A program made the position numbers and the translations under genes. Below the pieces are notes generated by a model. It saw only the letters and a program-made list of their open reading frames with translations, did no database searches and was not told where the DNA came from. DNA of 64,000 nucleotides from an uncultured delta proteobacterium (GTDB lineage Bacteria; Desulfobacterota; Syntrophobacteria; BM002), in the NCBI GenBank assembly GCA_963712115.1, contig CAVQGX010000020.1, positions 128,001 through 192,000 of the forward strand. Direction: 5' to 3'. Numbering within the stretch: position 1 is the stretch's first letter; every line of letters begins with the position of its first letter. Of this stretch, positions 1 through 10,856 are shown one piece after another.

Positions 1-1664
1 GAAAAATGAGCAATGGCCTCATCGAACCGCCCCTGGCGGGCCAGGCTTACTCCCAGACTGTTATGGGCCTCGGCAAAATTGGCATGCAACTGCACTGCCA
101 TGGTAAAATTGGATGAAGCCTCCTCGTTCTTCCCCTGTCGAATCAGTGTGTTACCCAGGTTAAAATGAGCCTCGGCCAGCTTGGGATCAAGCTGCACGGC
201 TGAGTAATAGTGGTGCATGGCCTCTTGCAGCTTCCCTTGCTGTTCCAATATATTCCCCAGGTTAGTATGTGCTTTCGCCGAGTTGGGCTGGAGTTGGAGT
301 GCCCTGGAATAGTGGAATCTGGCCTTATCAATTTCTCCTTTTCTGATTAGGGCTTTTCCCAGGTTGTTGTGGATCACCTGGTTGTCAGTGGTAACTGCAA
401 GGGTATGTTCGAAAAGGGTAATGCTGTTACGCCAGTGTCTTACCTGGAGCCGGGTGACTATCATAAGGGATACGAGCACTAACGCGGCCGAGGTGAAGAG
501 TACTATCCTTTGATAACGCCATTTTGCCAATAGGCGTGGAAGGCCCCAAGCAATGATGATAAACAGGCCGATGAGGGGGATATAAGTGAAGCGATCAGCC
601 ATGGATTGCTTTCCCACCTGTACTAGCCCTATGACCGGCACCATGGTTCCAAGGTACCAGAGCCAACCTACTGGCAGGTATGGATGGCGCCGCCTGGCAC
701 GGAGCGCCAGGACAGATATCAGCAATAAGAGTAAGCCAGCCCCGACAGCCTGCCAAATTGGCAAAGTATTACCAGGGTGTGGGTAAAAAACCGCTAGGTC
801 TTGCGGCCAAATCATCTTTCTCATATAGCCTATGTAGGCGACCAGTCCGTTGGCAATACGAATCCGTGCTGGCAAAACCTCAACAGAGGCAGCGGCACCG
901 CAGCTTTGTTGAGTGAGAAAGGCAATCAGACTTGCAGCTGCCGCTAAGACAAAAAAAGGTAGCTTTTCCAAGAGCAAGCGGGAGGCCAGCGGGGGTAACT
1001 TGTTTGAACTCATTGATTTTTCAATTTCTGAGCCGATATGATCTTTGAATTGTCCTGGCTGAAATCGGCCGAGTGGCCAATAATCCAAGAGAAGTAGGAC
1101 AAATGGCAGTGTCACCAGCATGGGTTTGGCCATAAGGCCCAGAGCAAAAGTAAAAAGGGCAAGAAAATATTGATAAAGCCTGGGCCGTGCAGCATATTGG
1201 ATATAAAACCACATGGTGAGCATCCAGAAAAAGGTGCTCAAGACATCCTTGCGCTCAGTTACCCAGGCAACTGATTCCACATGCAAGGGATGGAGGGCAA
1301 AGAGGGCAGCAACAAAAGCGCTCCGCCAGAGGGAGCCGGTAATTCGGCTTAAGATGAAGAAAAGCAAGAGAGTATTGGCGAGGTGAAAGAGCAAATTGGT
1401 AAAGTGATATCCGCCTGGGTTTAAACCGTAAAGTTCATAATCCAGCATAAAGGATAGCCAGGTCAACGGCAGCCATAAACCCACATGGTTGTTGGTAAAA
1501 GCCCAAACTACGTTTTCTTTGTTAAAACTAGCCTGAAGTTGGTGATTGTCTGTGATGTACAAATCATCGTCAAAGTAGACAAAATCAAAGGTTCGCACCT
1601 GCCAGAAAACAACGAGGGTGCAAGAGATTAGCAGTAGGGTTGTTAGAAAAAGTTTGACGCGCAT
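1..1664 (-). CDS. TMTC-like GT-C membrane glycosyltransferase with C-terminal TPRs (paralog 1, runs off left edge)
   Basis: Absent from the ORF track. Manual translation from ATG at 1664 is open to base 1: MRVKLFLTTLLLISCTLVVFWQVRTFDFVYFDDDLYI...HPLHVESVAWVTERKDVL...MADRFTYIPL...TPRs (HNNLGKAL, HTNLGNIL, HFNLGNTL). Confidence 0.85.
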   Translation of the reverse strand, partial: MRVKLFLTTLLLISCTLVVFWQVRTFDFVYFDDDLYITDNHQLQASFNKENVVWAFTNNHVGLWLPLTWLSFMLDYELYGLNPGGYHFTNLLFHLANTLLLFFILSRITGSLWRSAFVAALFALHPLHVESVAWVTERKDVLSTFFWMLTMWFYIQYAARPRLYQYFLALFTFALGLMAKPMLVTLPFVLLLLDYWPLGRFQPGQFKDHIGSEIEKSMSSNKLPPLASRLLLEKLPFFVLAAAASLIAFLTQQSCGAAASVEVLPARIRIANGLVAYIGYMRKMIWPQDLAVFYPHPGNTLPIWQAVGAGLLLLLISVLALRARRRHPYLPVGWLWYLGTMVPVIGLVQVGKQSMADRFTYIPLIGLFIIIAWGLPRLLAKWRYQRIVLFTSAALVLVSLMIVTRLQVRHWRNSITLFEHTLAVTTDNQVIHNNLGKALIRKGEIDKARFHYSRALQLQPNSAKAHTNLGNILEQQGKLQEAMHHYYSAVQLDPKLAEAHFNLGNTLIRQGKNEEASSNFTMAVQLHANFAEAHNSLGVSLARQGRFDEAIAHF

Positions 1665-1822
1665 AGGGGCCACTCTATGACTTAAAAAGAAAATCCTCAA
1701 CGAAGCTAACCCTGCAGGAACTTTCCTTTTCATGAACACTAAAGAAAATGGCTAAAATAGCCGTAACTATTAAAATATTTCCACTCCGGGTAATCCTTTT
1801 TATCTCAAAGATTAACAATATT

Positions 1823-1838
1823 AGCAAGAAGCTTGCCA
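1823..1838 (-). promoter_or_regulatory. sigma54 (-24/-12) promoter candidate
   Basis: TGGCAAGCTTCTTGCT (GG-N10-GC) on the minus strand, intergenic, about 160 bp upstream of TMTC-like paralog 1. Confidence 0.65.
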
Positions 1839-2161
1839 GAGAATTGTCCACAATTCTCACGAGAGCGTCCGGCTATGGCCATGGGGCAGAGTGCCAGTTC
1901 ATCGTTTCTTCAAAAAAACAAAGACAGTGACTCTGTTAACCGAAGTCGCTGTGGGGTTACATGGGTGAACATCAGGTTTCACTTCACCCTGGGGATTAGT
2001 CCTCTCTTTAATAGGAAGCGTAATTAACCCACGAGGGTTACCTAAGTTGGAGTAGACCAGAGGGGCAGAATAGCTTTCATTTAGAGGTAAATGGAACAGA
2101 CATGCAAAATGGGAGAGGATAAATTTCTAGAGAAAACTATTTTTTCAATGATAATAGAAAT

Positions 2162-4021
2162 TTAAAACTTGTCAGAAGAATCCCAGAGTTTTGTGTTCAA
2201 AGACAACATCTTATCCCTAGCCTCTAGAAATAGTGCCAAATCCTTTGAGACTTCAGCGGGTTCCAATTTCCATCTATCTTTTATATCAAATATATCTCCT
2301 GTTTTTACGGAAAAATAGGTTGATTGAGTCAGAAGCAGGGTCATTCTAGAAGTCGGTGCTATAATTCTATGACGTTTTAAGAATTTTTTCATACGTGTCT
2401 TCGATTCAGGAGAGATTAACAGATACATAAGATCTAATATATCCTCATGGCAAAAGAGTCCGTTATATATTTTCCCAGCCATTTGCTTATCAGGCAGTAG
2501 GAGAAGTCCCGGTATACGCAATCTCTCTAATATGCCACTTCCTGGGGTCTTTACTGTCATCAATCCTTCGTTATTAGCAGTATCAGATGATATAAAAATA
2601 ACAGGTTGTTTGTCTTGAGGTAATTGCTGCAAGCCGTCCAAAAAAATACTCAAAGAATAATCGACAAATAACATTCCCCCTTCATGATTATGAGGTATTT
2701 TCTTGCCATTTATCTCAGAAGGAAATTCATATGGTTCATGATTACTTAGAGCCTGGATAATGAAAAAAGAGGCTCGATTACTTGCCACACCTTCCTTATA
2801 TTTTCTCAATGCCGTTGAAAATAGAAGGTCATCACTAAAGTCAAAGTGTTTTTTGTAAATGCCAGTGCTTCCTGTCATAAGGCTTCTATTCAGCCCCCAC
2901 TCGCAGCCTGCATCTGCTATGATTTGACCCCAGTTATCCCATTGAGGGTTAGCTGCCGACAACACCACACAATCATAGCCACTTTGCCTTATTTGAGGCA
3001 TACGCCCTACCTTGCCTGCACCGGGATTTCGCAGGATAGCCGGAGTGAAACCCGGGGGATTGCTTATCCCAGTCATTAAACCCCATCTGGCCGCCCAAGT
3101 ACCTTCACCTGCTGCTATATGATTGGTAAAAATCATTCCTTCATTCATATATCTAGTTATTGTGGGCGACAGATTCTTGTGATGAACTGCTCCTTCTCCC
3201 AGGCCGAGGATATCGCTGGCCCTGTGAGATTCCAGCATCACAACAATAACAGAGCGCCCCTGATAACGGCCGGCGACAGGAGCCAACGTTTCATCGGGAC
3301 CATCTGCCCAGAATGGACTTTCTTCCGTCTCCCTAATTTTCCTAGCCACATCAAAGTCAAATTCTCTGGTCTCATCATCTCTGTATGGCTTATGTGCTAT
3401 CGACCAGGGTGAACTGGCCGGTTCATAGTAATAACTGAGCATCCCATGTCGGAAAATAGTAGATTGTGATTCGGCTACCCCCAATATCATGACGGCTGCC
3501 ATCACTTGAATGGTGCAAAAAAATAGGACTTTTGATTTGACATAGTTCTTATATAAAAAGCGCAACCCCAAATATCCTCCAACATACAAAAGAGTAAAAA
3601 TAAGTAACCTTTGGGAAAAGAACAAATCTAACATGTAATCTCTATAACCGGATTCAAAAAAATAAAATTCAATTTCATACCATAGTAAGTTACGGCCTTG
3701 TTCAACGTAAAAGTATGAAGAAGCTATAAACCAGATGGAAAATATCCAGAGAACAGTAATGACAAGCGGCTCAATAATCAATCTTACTTTATTCTCAAAA
3801 AGCATCATAAAGGAAAGCAGCATGAGAGGATAGAAAGTATAACTAGAAATGAGCCACGTATATCCAAGTATTTTGGGAGAGTGTCCAAATGTTTTAATGT
3901 CAACAATTAAAGTGAGCAATAAAATAAGACTCACGAAAGATGATACTTTGTACCACTTTCCTTTTTCCAGGTAATGCAACAAGCTTGATACTTGCTCAAA
4001 TATTATGTGGATACGGCTCAT
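2162..4021 (-). CDS. LtaS/sulfatase-like (alkaline phosphatase superfamily) membrane protein
   Basis: About five N-terminal TM helices, then VIVVMLES metal-ligand motif, NHEPY and FISSD motifs typical of LtaS/phosphoglycerol-transferase-like enzymes. Confidence 0.65.
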   Translation of the reverse strand: MSRIHIIFEQVSSLLHYLEKGKWYKVSSFVSLILLLTLIVDIKTFGHSPKILGYTWLISSYTFYPLMLLSFMMLFENKVRLIIEPLVITVLWIFSIWFIASSYFYVEQGRNLLWYEIEFYFFESGYRDYMLDLFFSQRLLIFTLLYVGGYLGLRFLYKNYVKSKVLFFCTIQVMAAVMILGVAESQSTIFRHGMLSYYYEPASSPWSIAHKPYRDDETREFDFDVARKIRETEESPFWADGPDETLAPVAGRYQGRSVIVVMLESHRASDILGLGEGAVHHKNLSPTITRYMNEGMIFTNHIAAGEGTWAARWGLMTGISNPPGFTPAILRNPGAGKVGRMPQIRQSGYDCVVLSAANPQWDNWGQIIADAGCEWGLNRSLMTGSTGIYKKHFDFSDDLLFSTALRKYKEGVASNRASFFIIQALSNHEPYEFPSEINGKKIPHNHEGGMLFVDYSLSIFLDGLQQLPQDKQPVIFISSDTANNEGLMTVKTPGSGILERLRIPGLLLLPDKQMAGKIYNGLFCHEDILDLMYLLISPESKTRMKKFLKRHRIIAPTSRMTLLLTQSTYFSVKTGDIFDIKDRWKLEPAEVSKDLALFLEARDKMLSLNTKLWDSSDKF

Positions 4022-4120
4022 GGAATTAATATCTCGGTTAACAACCTTTCAGTCCGATTATGGTGGCAGCTACTATGGAGGAAGTCTCTGCCATAATTAT
4101 CCCCTGACTATTGAAACCAC

Positions 4121-4136
4121 AGCAAGCAATGTGCCA
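4121..4136 (-). promoter_or_regulatory. sigma54 promoter candidate
   Basis: TGGCACATTGCTTGCT, 100 bp upstream of the 4021 start. Confidence 0.7.
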
Positions 4137-4339
4137 ATAGGCCACATAGCAAAGGTGCATCTTTAGCGGCCAATTAGTGGGCGAATTTATATGGTTATCC
4201 TAATAGGATATGAAATGTTAAGTGGGAGGTTTCAGTAGGCGGCAAGAGTAGTGTAGCGCTGGTGCGTGAGATAAAACATCTGGTCATGACTGCATTTTTT
4301 CTGCTTATTTACTCGATCCTTTACATTTCTGTATTTTCA

Positions 4340-6084
4340 CTACTCAACCATACGGAATCCCTCCTTTAGTGTGCTTCCGCGCATTTGAAGATCATCCTTA
4401 CTGTGGGGTGCACTAGGTAGATCTGCATCCCAGGCTAATTGTTTGGGGGGAACGTTTAGCAAAAAACCGTCATGGATCTTTACAACCCTCATTTTCACTT
4501 TGGGTAATTGGCGAATAGTGAAGATAGAGTTGGAAGGGCCACCAAGAAGGACCGCGAAACTATCCCATCTGATGCACAGAAGGTTTATCAAGACGACGGA
4601 AACCAATATTAACATTACGCGACTCACGTATCTCACCAACTGGAATTTTGCCTCATTCAGTATGAGATAGACCAAGCTTCCCCAGGCGAGGATGATGTAG
4701 CCCCAGATCCATCCTCTGCCAAATCGTATTGCTGGGGCCGAGAAAAACCAGAAGATGATTCCCAAAAGTAATATTCCTTGAATCACTAGTGTATTCACGC
4801 ATATTCTTAACTTCCTCTTAAAGCAAAAGAAAAAGAAGATAGCTGCCGGGACAAAAGAATAGATCAGCCAGCGATAAATCGGATTCTTACCCCCACGGGT
4901 CGACCAAAATCGGATCCACTCTAAAGTACTCATATCACCAATTGACCAGTCGGTATATCGCACCGTTGGGTGAATGGCAAAGTACCTGATACTCCTTCGC
5001 ACCTTTTCCGCCTGCGCATAAGGTATTTTCCAATCAAAAGAAAAAAGATCAAGTTGAGGAAAGGGAAAAACAAGGTATCCTGAAAGGATGACATTACCCA
5101 CGAGAAAGGGAAACAGGATAAAGAAACTCAATAGCCCACTGAATAGGAGCTTTTTCCATCCTCTATTCTCCTGCCTGGTAAGGATATATAAAGGCAAGAG
5201 AACAACTGGCAGAGAGCTGAGCTTAATGGTAGGTAAAAATAATGAGAGACATATAACGAGAATAAAGCTCTCGTACCGAGAAGGTGTTTGTTTACCATCC
5301 GACGCTAAGTTCTGTTCAATGCAATTTATGGTTAAAATAAATGCATAAACTATGAATATAAACACAATGAGATCAGGAGATAGTGAGGGAATAAACCCGA
5401 TGGATAAATCGCGGTCAACACAGAGTGGAAGAGCTATTAGGCATTTTAATATATTAGTTAATGATAGTTGGCCCTCGAATATATTAATAAAGCCAGAGAA
5501 AGAAATTATCAGCGCAAGAGAATAGGCGATGACATTTACCAAGTGATAACTTTTACCGGCCAAAGACCAAGATGTCAAAGAATGCAGCGAGGTAGAACCA
5601 GGATGAATTAAATGCTAATCTGTGATGGAGGTTGCCGAGACCTGGTACGGTGCCATATTCCTTTATCCACTTAACTGCTTGTGCATGGTACAGTCCTGTA
5701 TCAAATGAAGTTGCGGGACCGGATGCGTAGACAATCGCAGAAAGCAAACAGATGATTCCCAGAATGGATAAATAGGGACTAACCTTGGCTTTCAGAAAGA
5801 CTGAACTTATCTTGGCAAAGAGGTAGTTTCTATCATAGCAGATATAGAGGAACAGTAAGGTTGTGATCCCCAAATGGACATATTCTGTGACGGGTGTGAC
5901 TAGAGCTGTGGATGAGATTACGGTTGTTAGGGTTATGATCCCCAGAATGATAGTATTCGCCAGGTCAGGGGTGGATGAACTATTAGGGAGTAAAGGAAGC
6001 TTTTTCAAATAACCTTCGGGTTAAAGATCCAATAATAAAAAGAAGAATAAGCGCATAGAAAAGGTAGAGGGCGATATAGATCAT
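4340..6084 (-). CDS. polytopic membrane protein, LIC_10190-like / GT-C-like (two apparent frameshifts)
   Basis: ATG at 6084 (MIYIALYLFYALILLFIIGSLTRRLFEK) joins ORFs 5553..6008 and 4340..5578 through indels near 6003 and 5565. Motifs DTGLYHAQAVKWIKEYGTVPGLGNLHHRLAFNSSW, SPD, NVILSGYLVFP, WFFSAPAIRFG. Confidence 0.6.
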
Positions 6085-6107
6085 AAACTTAGGGTATTGT
6101 ACTCTAT

Positions 6108-8762
6108 TTATTTCTCGACCATATCAAATACGCTCTCCAATGCCTCCTTGATTTTTTTAACATGGGGACCTCCACCTTGAGCCATGTCTGGCCGCCCACC
6201 TCCCTTGCCACCTAGCATGGCGGAAAGCTCCTTGATGATTTGGCCGGCATGATACTTGTCGGTAAGATCTTCCGTCACCCCGCAGATAAGCATGGCCTTG
6301 CCATCTGCAGCCTCAGCGCCCAGCACTATCACCCCGGACTTGATTTGACTCTTCAGATTGTCCAGCATCACCCGCAAATCCTTGGCACTGTCAACATTCA
6401 CCTGCTGGGAGAGTACCTTGAGGCCATCGATCTCACGGATATCTTGATTACTGGGGGCGAACTGTCGGCTCATGGCTTGGGCTTTTACCCGCTCTATCTC
6501 TTTTTCCAGCTCTTTCTGCTGGGCCAGCAGTTTTTTCACCCGCCCGGATAAATCCTGGGGTGCAGCTCTGAGTAGCGCGGCCGTTTCTTTCAGAGTTTTT
6601 TCCTGATTCTGAATATACTGGAGGGCGCCAGTACCGGTGAGGGCCTCAATGCGGCGGATGCCAGCAGCCACAGAGCTCTCACCGACGATTTTGAAAGGAC
6701 CAATGTCACCGGTGTGGTGGCTGTGGGTCCCACCGCAGAGCTCTCTGGAATAATCACCAATAGAAACCATGCGCACTTCATCACCGTACTTTTCGCCGAA
6801 AAGGGCCATGGCTCCTTCGGTGATAGCGGTATCCATATCGGTTACTTGATCGGTGAGATCTTCGTTCTGCAGGATACGTTCGGTGACCAGCTTTTCGATG
6901 AAGGCAATCTGTTCAGAGGTAAGTGCTTCACCGTGGGAAAAATCGAAGCGAAAGTAGTCCGGCCCTACGTAAGAGCCCTGCTGTTTTACGTGGTCCCCCA
7001 GGATGTTCCTGAGCACGTATTGGAGTATGTGGGTTGCGGTATGGTTCCGTTCGGTGGCCTTGCGTTTTTCCTTGTCTACGGCCAGGGTAACCTCTTCTCC
7101 AACTCTAACTGTTCCCTGTAAGACTTGACAAACATGGACGAGCAAATCACCGGGTGTTCTTTGGGTGTTTCGAACTTCCAGAGTAAAACCCATGCCACTG
7201 ATGCGCCCTGTGTCCCCCACTTGACCACCGGCTTCGCCATAAAAGGGAGTTTGCTCGCAAACCACTTCAACCCTTTGGCCTTCGCTGGCCTCGTTGACTG
7301 CACCATCATCGGTGAGCAAAGCCAGAATCACTGACTGATCCTCTGTTCTGTCGTAACCAGTGAAAGTGGTGGTTACCCCCTGGGCTGCAAGTTGCTTGAG
7401 GGCCTCAGAGGTTTCCATGATACCGGAAATCTTGAAGGCGGCCCGGGAACGCTGCCGCTGTTCCTCCATAAACTGGTCAAATCCGACCTCATCTACCTCA
7501 AAGTCCTGATCTCGAGCCAGGTCCATGACAATGTCGATGGGAAAACCGTAGGTGTCGTAGAGCTTGAAGATGGTCTCGCCGGGAAAGACATCTCTTTTGG
7601 CCTTTTTTAGTTTTTCAACCTCTTCTTGGAGTTTGCCCAAACCCCGGTCAAGGGTGGCTGAGAAGGACTTCTCCTCGTTTTTCAGGGCCATTTGGATGTA
7701 GCTCTTGTTCTTAGCGATATCCGGGTAGGTGTCCGCCATGGCACCAATTACGCCTTCCGCCACCTGGTGCATAAAGGGTTTCTCGATGCCTAGGAGTCTG
7801 CCGTGCCGTACTGCCCTACGAATGACTCGCCGCAAAACGTAGCCACGGCCCTCGTTGCTGGGCATGACACCATCACTGATGAGAAAAGTGGCGGCACGGC
7901 CATGATCGGCGATAACCTTGATGGATACGTCCTTTTCTTCATCCTTACCGTGGGCGTGGCCGCTGAGCTCTTCGATGACGGAGATGAGCTCCTGGAAAAT
8001 GTCGATGTCGTAGTTGGAAGGCACCTTCTGGAGCACGGCGGCAATTCGTTCAAGGCCCGCACCGGTGTCAATAGAAGGGGCGGGAAGAGGCTCCATGGTG
8101 GAGTCTTCTTTGCGATTGAACTGCATGAACACTAGGTTCCACAATTCCAGGAAACGGTCGCAGTCGCATACACCGGGAGCACAGTCCGGTCCGCAAGCCA
8201 TGTGGTCTCCCTGATCGATCAATATCTCGGAGCAGGGACCGCAGGGACCGGTGTCCCCCATGGCCCAGAAATTCTCACTGGTTGGCAAAGTGAGGATTCT
8301 CTCTCGTGGAAGGTATTTGTTCCACTCTTCCAGTGCTTCTTTATCTACGCCCAGCCCCATTTCTTCGTCGCCTTCGTGCACCGAAGCGTAGAGTTTGTCT
8401 TTGGGAAGATTAAGGTGATCGGTGAAAAATTCCCAGCCGAAACGGATGGCTTCCTTCTTGAAATAGTCGCCGAAAGAAAAGTTACCTAACATCTCGAAAA
8501 AAGTGTGGTGCCGGGCAGTACGGCCCACGTTGCGCAAATCATTGTGTTTGCCCCCGGCTCGCATACACTTCTGACAGGAAGTGGCCCGCACATAATCCCT
8601 CTTTTCTTCACCTAAAAGTGGTCGCTTGAACTGGACCATGCCTGCGGTGGTAAAAAGCAGGGTGGGATCGTCATGGGGTACCAGGGAGGAACTCTTTACA
8701 ATCCTATGCTCATTCATTTTGAAGTATTCAAGAAATGCCTTTCTCAGCTCAGCAGTCTTCAT
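6108..8762 (-). CDS. alaS: alanine--tRNA ligase
   Basis: [46 protein letters not shown] editing motifs, [15 protein letters not shown]. Confidence 0.98.
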   Translation of the reverse strand: MKTAELRKAFLEYFKMNEHRIVKSSSLVPHDDPTLLFTTAGMVQFKRPLLGEEKRDYVRATSCQKCMRAGGKHNDLRNVGRTARHHTFFEMLGNFSFGDYFKKEAIRFGWEFFTDHLNLPKDKLYASVHEGDEEMGLGVDKEALEEWNKYLPRERILTLPTSENFWAMGDTGPCGPCSEILIDQGDHMACGPDCAPGVCDCDRFLELWNLVFMQFNRKEDSTMEPLPAPSIDTGAGLERIAAVLQKVPSNYDIDIFQELISVIEELSGHAHGKDEEKDVSIKVIADHGRAATFLISDGVMPSNEGRGYVLRRVIRRAVRHGRLLGIEKPFMHQVAEGVIGAMADTYPDIAKNKSYIQMALKNEEKSFSATLDRGLGKLQEEVEKLKKAKRDVFPGETIFKLYDTYGFPIDIVMDLARDQDFEVDEVGFDQFMEEQRQRSRAAFKISGIMETSEALKQLAAQGVTTTFTGYDRTEDQSVILALLTDDGAVNEASEGQRVEVVCEQTPFYGEAGGQVGDTGRISGMGFTLEVRNTQRTPGDLLVHVCQVLQGTVRVGEEVTLAVDKEKRKATERNHTATHILQYVLRNILGDHVKQQGSYVGPDYFRFDFSHGEALTSEQIAFIEKLVTERILQNEDLTDQVTDMDTAITEGAMALFGEKYGDEVRMVSIGDYSRELCGGTHSHHTGDIGPFKIVGESSVAAGIRRIEALTGTGALQYIQNQEKTLKETAALLRAAPQDLSGRVKKLLAQQKELEKEIERVKAQAMSRQFAPSNQDIREIDGLKVLSQQVNVDSAKDLRVMLDNLKSQIKSGVIVLGAEAADGKAMLICGVTEDLTDKYHAGQIIKELSAMLGGKGGGRPDMAQGGGPHVKKIKEALESVFDMVEK

Positions 8763-9793
8763 TCTTCTGTGGTCTCCTCATCACCGTTGTCTTTTATTTT
8801 CAGCCCGTACGATTTTCTGACCTTCCGTTCAATCTTAGAGCAAATGTCGGGATGCTCCTTTAGAAAAGCCTTGACATTTTCTCGGCCCTGTCCCATGCGT
8901 TCTCCCCCATAGGAGTACCAGGCGCCGCTTTTATCAACTATGTTAAGGGCTGTGGCCATGTCCAAAACGTCTCCTTCTTTGGAGATTCCCTGACCGTACA
9001 TGATGTCGAACTCAGCCTCTTTAAAGGGAGGTGCCAACTTGTTCTTAACCACTTTAACCCGGGTTCTGCTGCCAATGACCTCTTGGCCGTCCTTAATGGC
9101 GCTAATCCGCCGGATATCCAAGCGTACGGAGGAGTAGAACTTGAGAGCATTGCCACCCGTGGTGGTCTCAGGGTTGCCGAAAAGCACCCCCAGTTTCATC
9201 CTTATCTGGTTAATAAACATCACTGTGGTCCGAGACTTACTTATGGCAGCGGTAAGTTTGCGCAATGCCTGAGACATGAGGCGAGCTTGCAGTCCCATGT
9301 GGGCGTCGCCCATTTCTCCTTCGATTTCCGCCCGAGGCACCAGGGCAGCCACTGAATCAATTACCACTACGTCAATGGCTCCGCTACGCACCAGGACCTC
9401 TGTGATCTCCAGAGCCTGTTCGCCAGTGTCGGGCTGGGAGATGAGCAGATCATCCACGTTGACCCCCAGTTTTCGGGCGTACGCAAGATCGAGGGCATGT
9501 TCTGCGTCAATAAAGGCAGCCAGTCCTCCACCTCTTTGGGCTTCGGCAAGAACTTGGAGGGCCAGGGTGGTCTTACCCGACGATTCCGGACCAAAAATCT
9601 CCACTACCCTGCCCCGGGGCACTCCGCCGAGACCCAAAGCAACATCCAAAGAGAGGGAGCCGCTTGGAATCACCGGGATATCGGCAAACGTTGCGTCGCT
9701 GCCGAGGCGCATGATGGCTCCCTTACCAAATTGTCTTTCAATCTGGCTCATGGCCAGATCGACAGCCTGTTGTTTTTCCTTTGTAGTGGACAT
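8759..9793 (-). CDS. recA: recombinase RecA
   Basis: GPESSGKTT Walker [27 protein letters not shown] at 9793 preferred over TTG at 9823. Confidence 0.98.
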   Translation of the reverse strand: MSTTKEKQQAVDLAMSQIERQFGKGAIMRLGSDATFADIPVIPSGSLSLDVALGLGGVPRGRVVEIFGPESSGKTTLALQVLAEAQRGGGLAAFIDAEHALDLAYARKLGVNVDDLLISQPDTGEQALEITEVLVRSGAIDVVVIDSVAALVPRAEIEGEMGDAHMGLQARLMSQALRKLTAAISKSRTTVMFINQIRMKLGVLFGNPETTTGGNALKFYSSVRLDIRRISAIKDGQEVIGSRTRVKVVKNKLAPPFKEAEFDIMYGQGISKEGDVLDMATALNIVDKSGAWYSYGGERMGQGRENVKAFLKEHPDICSKIERKVRKSYGLKIKDNGDEETTEE

Positions 9794-9878
9794 AGTCTTT
9801 TCCTTTTTCCCAGATTCGGGCAATAATTGTTCAGCTTTACCGGAGCCAAAAACAGTCTAGCTGCTAGTTGGATGCGGA

Positions 9879-10454
9879 TTAAGGTGGTGCCGGTGCGGCA
9901 AGAGGCATACGGTGCAGTTTCGTGTAGATCGCCCCGGTTGGCCTAAGGTCACTTTTATACAATATTATTTCATCCGCGTCAAAAGAATTGAACTCCGGTA
10001 ATTCCAGGGTTGACATAGCGTCGATCAACGCTTGAAGCCGGTGACGGTCCTTGACCCGGCCAATAGTTAGATGCGGACGGAACCCCCGCCCTTCCCGGGC
10101 AAAGCCCAATGGCTCCAGCGCCTTTTCAAGACCAGCTTGGATCTTTGCCAGTCGCTCAACCTCGCCCTGAAGTCCCACCCAGATCACCCGGGGCTTACGA
10201 TTGCTGGGAAAGCCTCCCAAACCGGCTGCACAAAGAGTGATAGGGGGCTCATCTCTAACCAACTGCGCTACAGCTGCAGCAATATCGTCCACCTGGGCAG
10301 GGAGGATATTACCCAAGAATTTAAGGGTCAGGTGAATGCCAGCCGGTTTCACCCAGCGCACACCGGCCCGGCTCTGTTTGAGTTGCTCTTGAATGGCAGC
10401 CAGCTTTTCTCTGGTCTCCTGGGGAAAATCAATTGCGATGAAGGATCGGATCAT
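9879..10454 (-). CDS. thpR: RNA 2',3'-cyclic phosphodiesterase (2H family, LigT)
   Basis: Two HxT motifs (HLTLKFLG, PHLTIGR), MIRSFIAI N-terminus, position upstream of recA. Confidence 0.93.
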   Translation of the reverse strand: MIRSFIAIDFPQETREKLAAIQEQLKQSRAGVRWVKPAGIHLTLKFLGNILPAQVDDIAAAVAQLVRDEPPITLCAAGLGGFPSNRKPRVIWVGLQGEVERLAKIQAGLEKALEPLGFAREGRGFRPHLTIGRVKDRHRLQALIDAMSTLELPEFNSFDADEIILYKSDLRPTGAIYTKLHRMPLAAPAPP

Positions 10455-10719
10455 AGGGTATTTTTTCTAAGGGGATCTCCCCTTCTCAATGTCCGCTTCT
10501 ATGAAACTTTTAACCTACCACCGACAGCCAAGTCACGGTTTCAATATATCCGCAACAGCATCAACGATCTAGTGATTTTATTCAGATGGGCGTGCAGAAC
10601 TCAATGCAGTAATTTAGACTGTTAAATATTTTTTTAAGCAGACAAATCAAATAGTTACAACAATATGTTTTGGATAGTTACCCCCAAGAAATTCTGAGTA
10701 AAAGTGTGCTTATGCCCTA

Positions 10720-10811
10720 GATTCCCGCTTTCGCGGGAATGACGACAGTATGCGATCACCCGTCATCCTGGTCCCGCATCAAGTGCGGGATAGACTGCGG
10801 CGGGGATCCAG
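10720..10811. repeat. REP-like palindromic composite, copy 1
   Basis: GATTCCCGCTTTCGCGGGAATGAC hairpin plus CTGGTCCCGCATCAAGTGCGGGATA (10768-10792), identical to 46414-46438. Confidence 0.7.
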
Positions 10812-10856
10812 GTAGGTTATAGTTTCAAGGACCAGAGGGCAAAGAAGTGGTAGGAT

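Noticed and set aside
1930-2060. Possible riboswitch or ncRNA upstream of TMTC-like paralog 1
   Set aside because: No recognisable conserved motif or convincing fold by eye; an Rfam scan would be needed.
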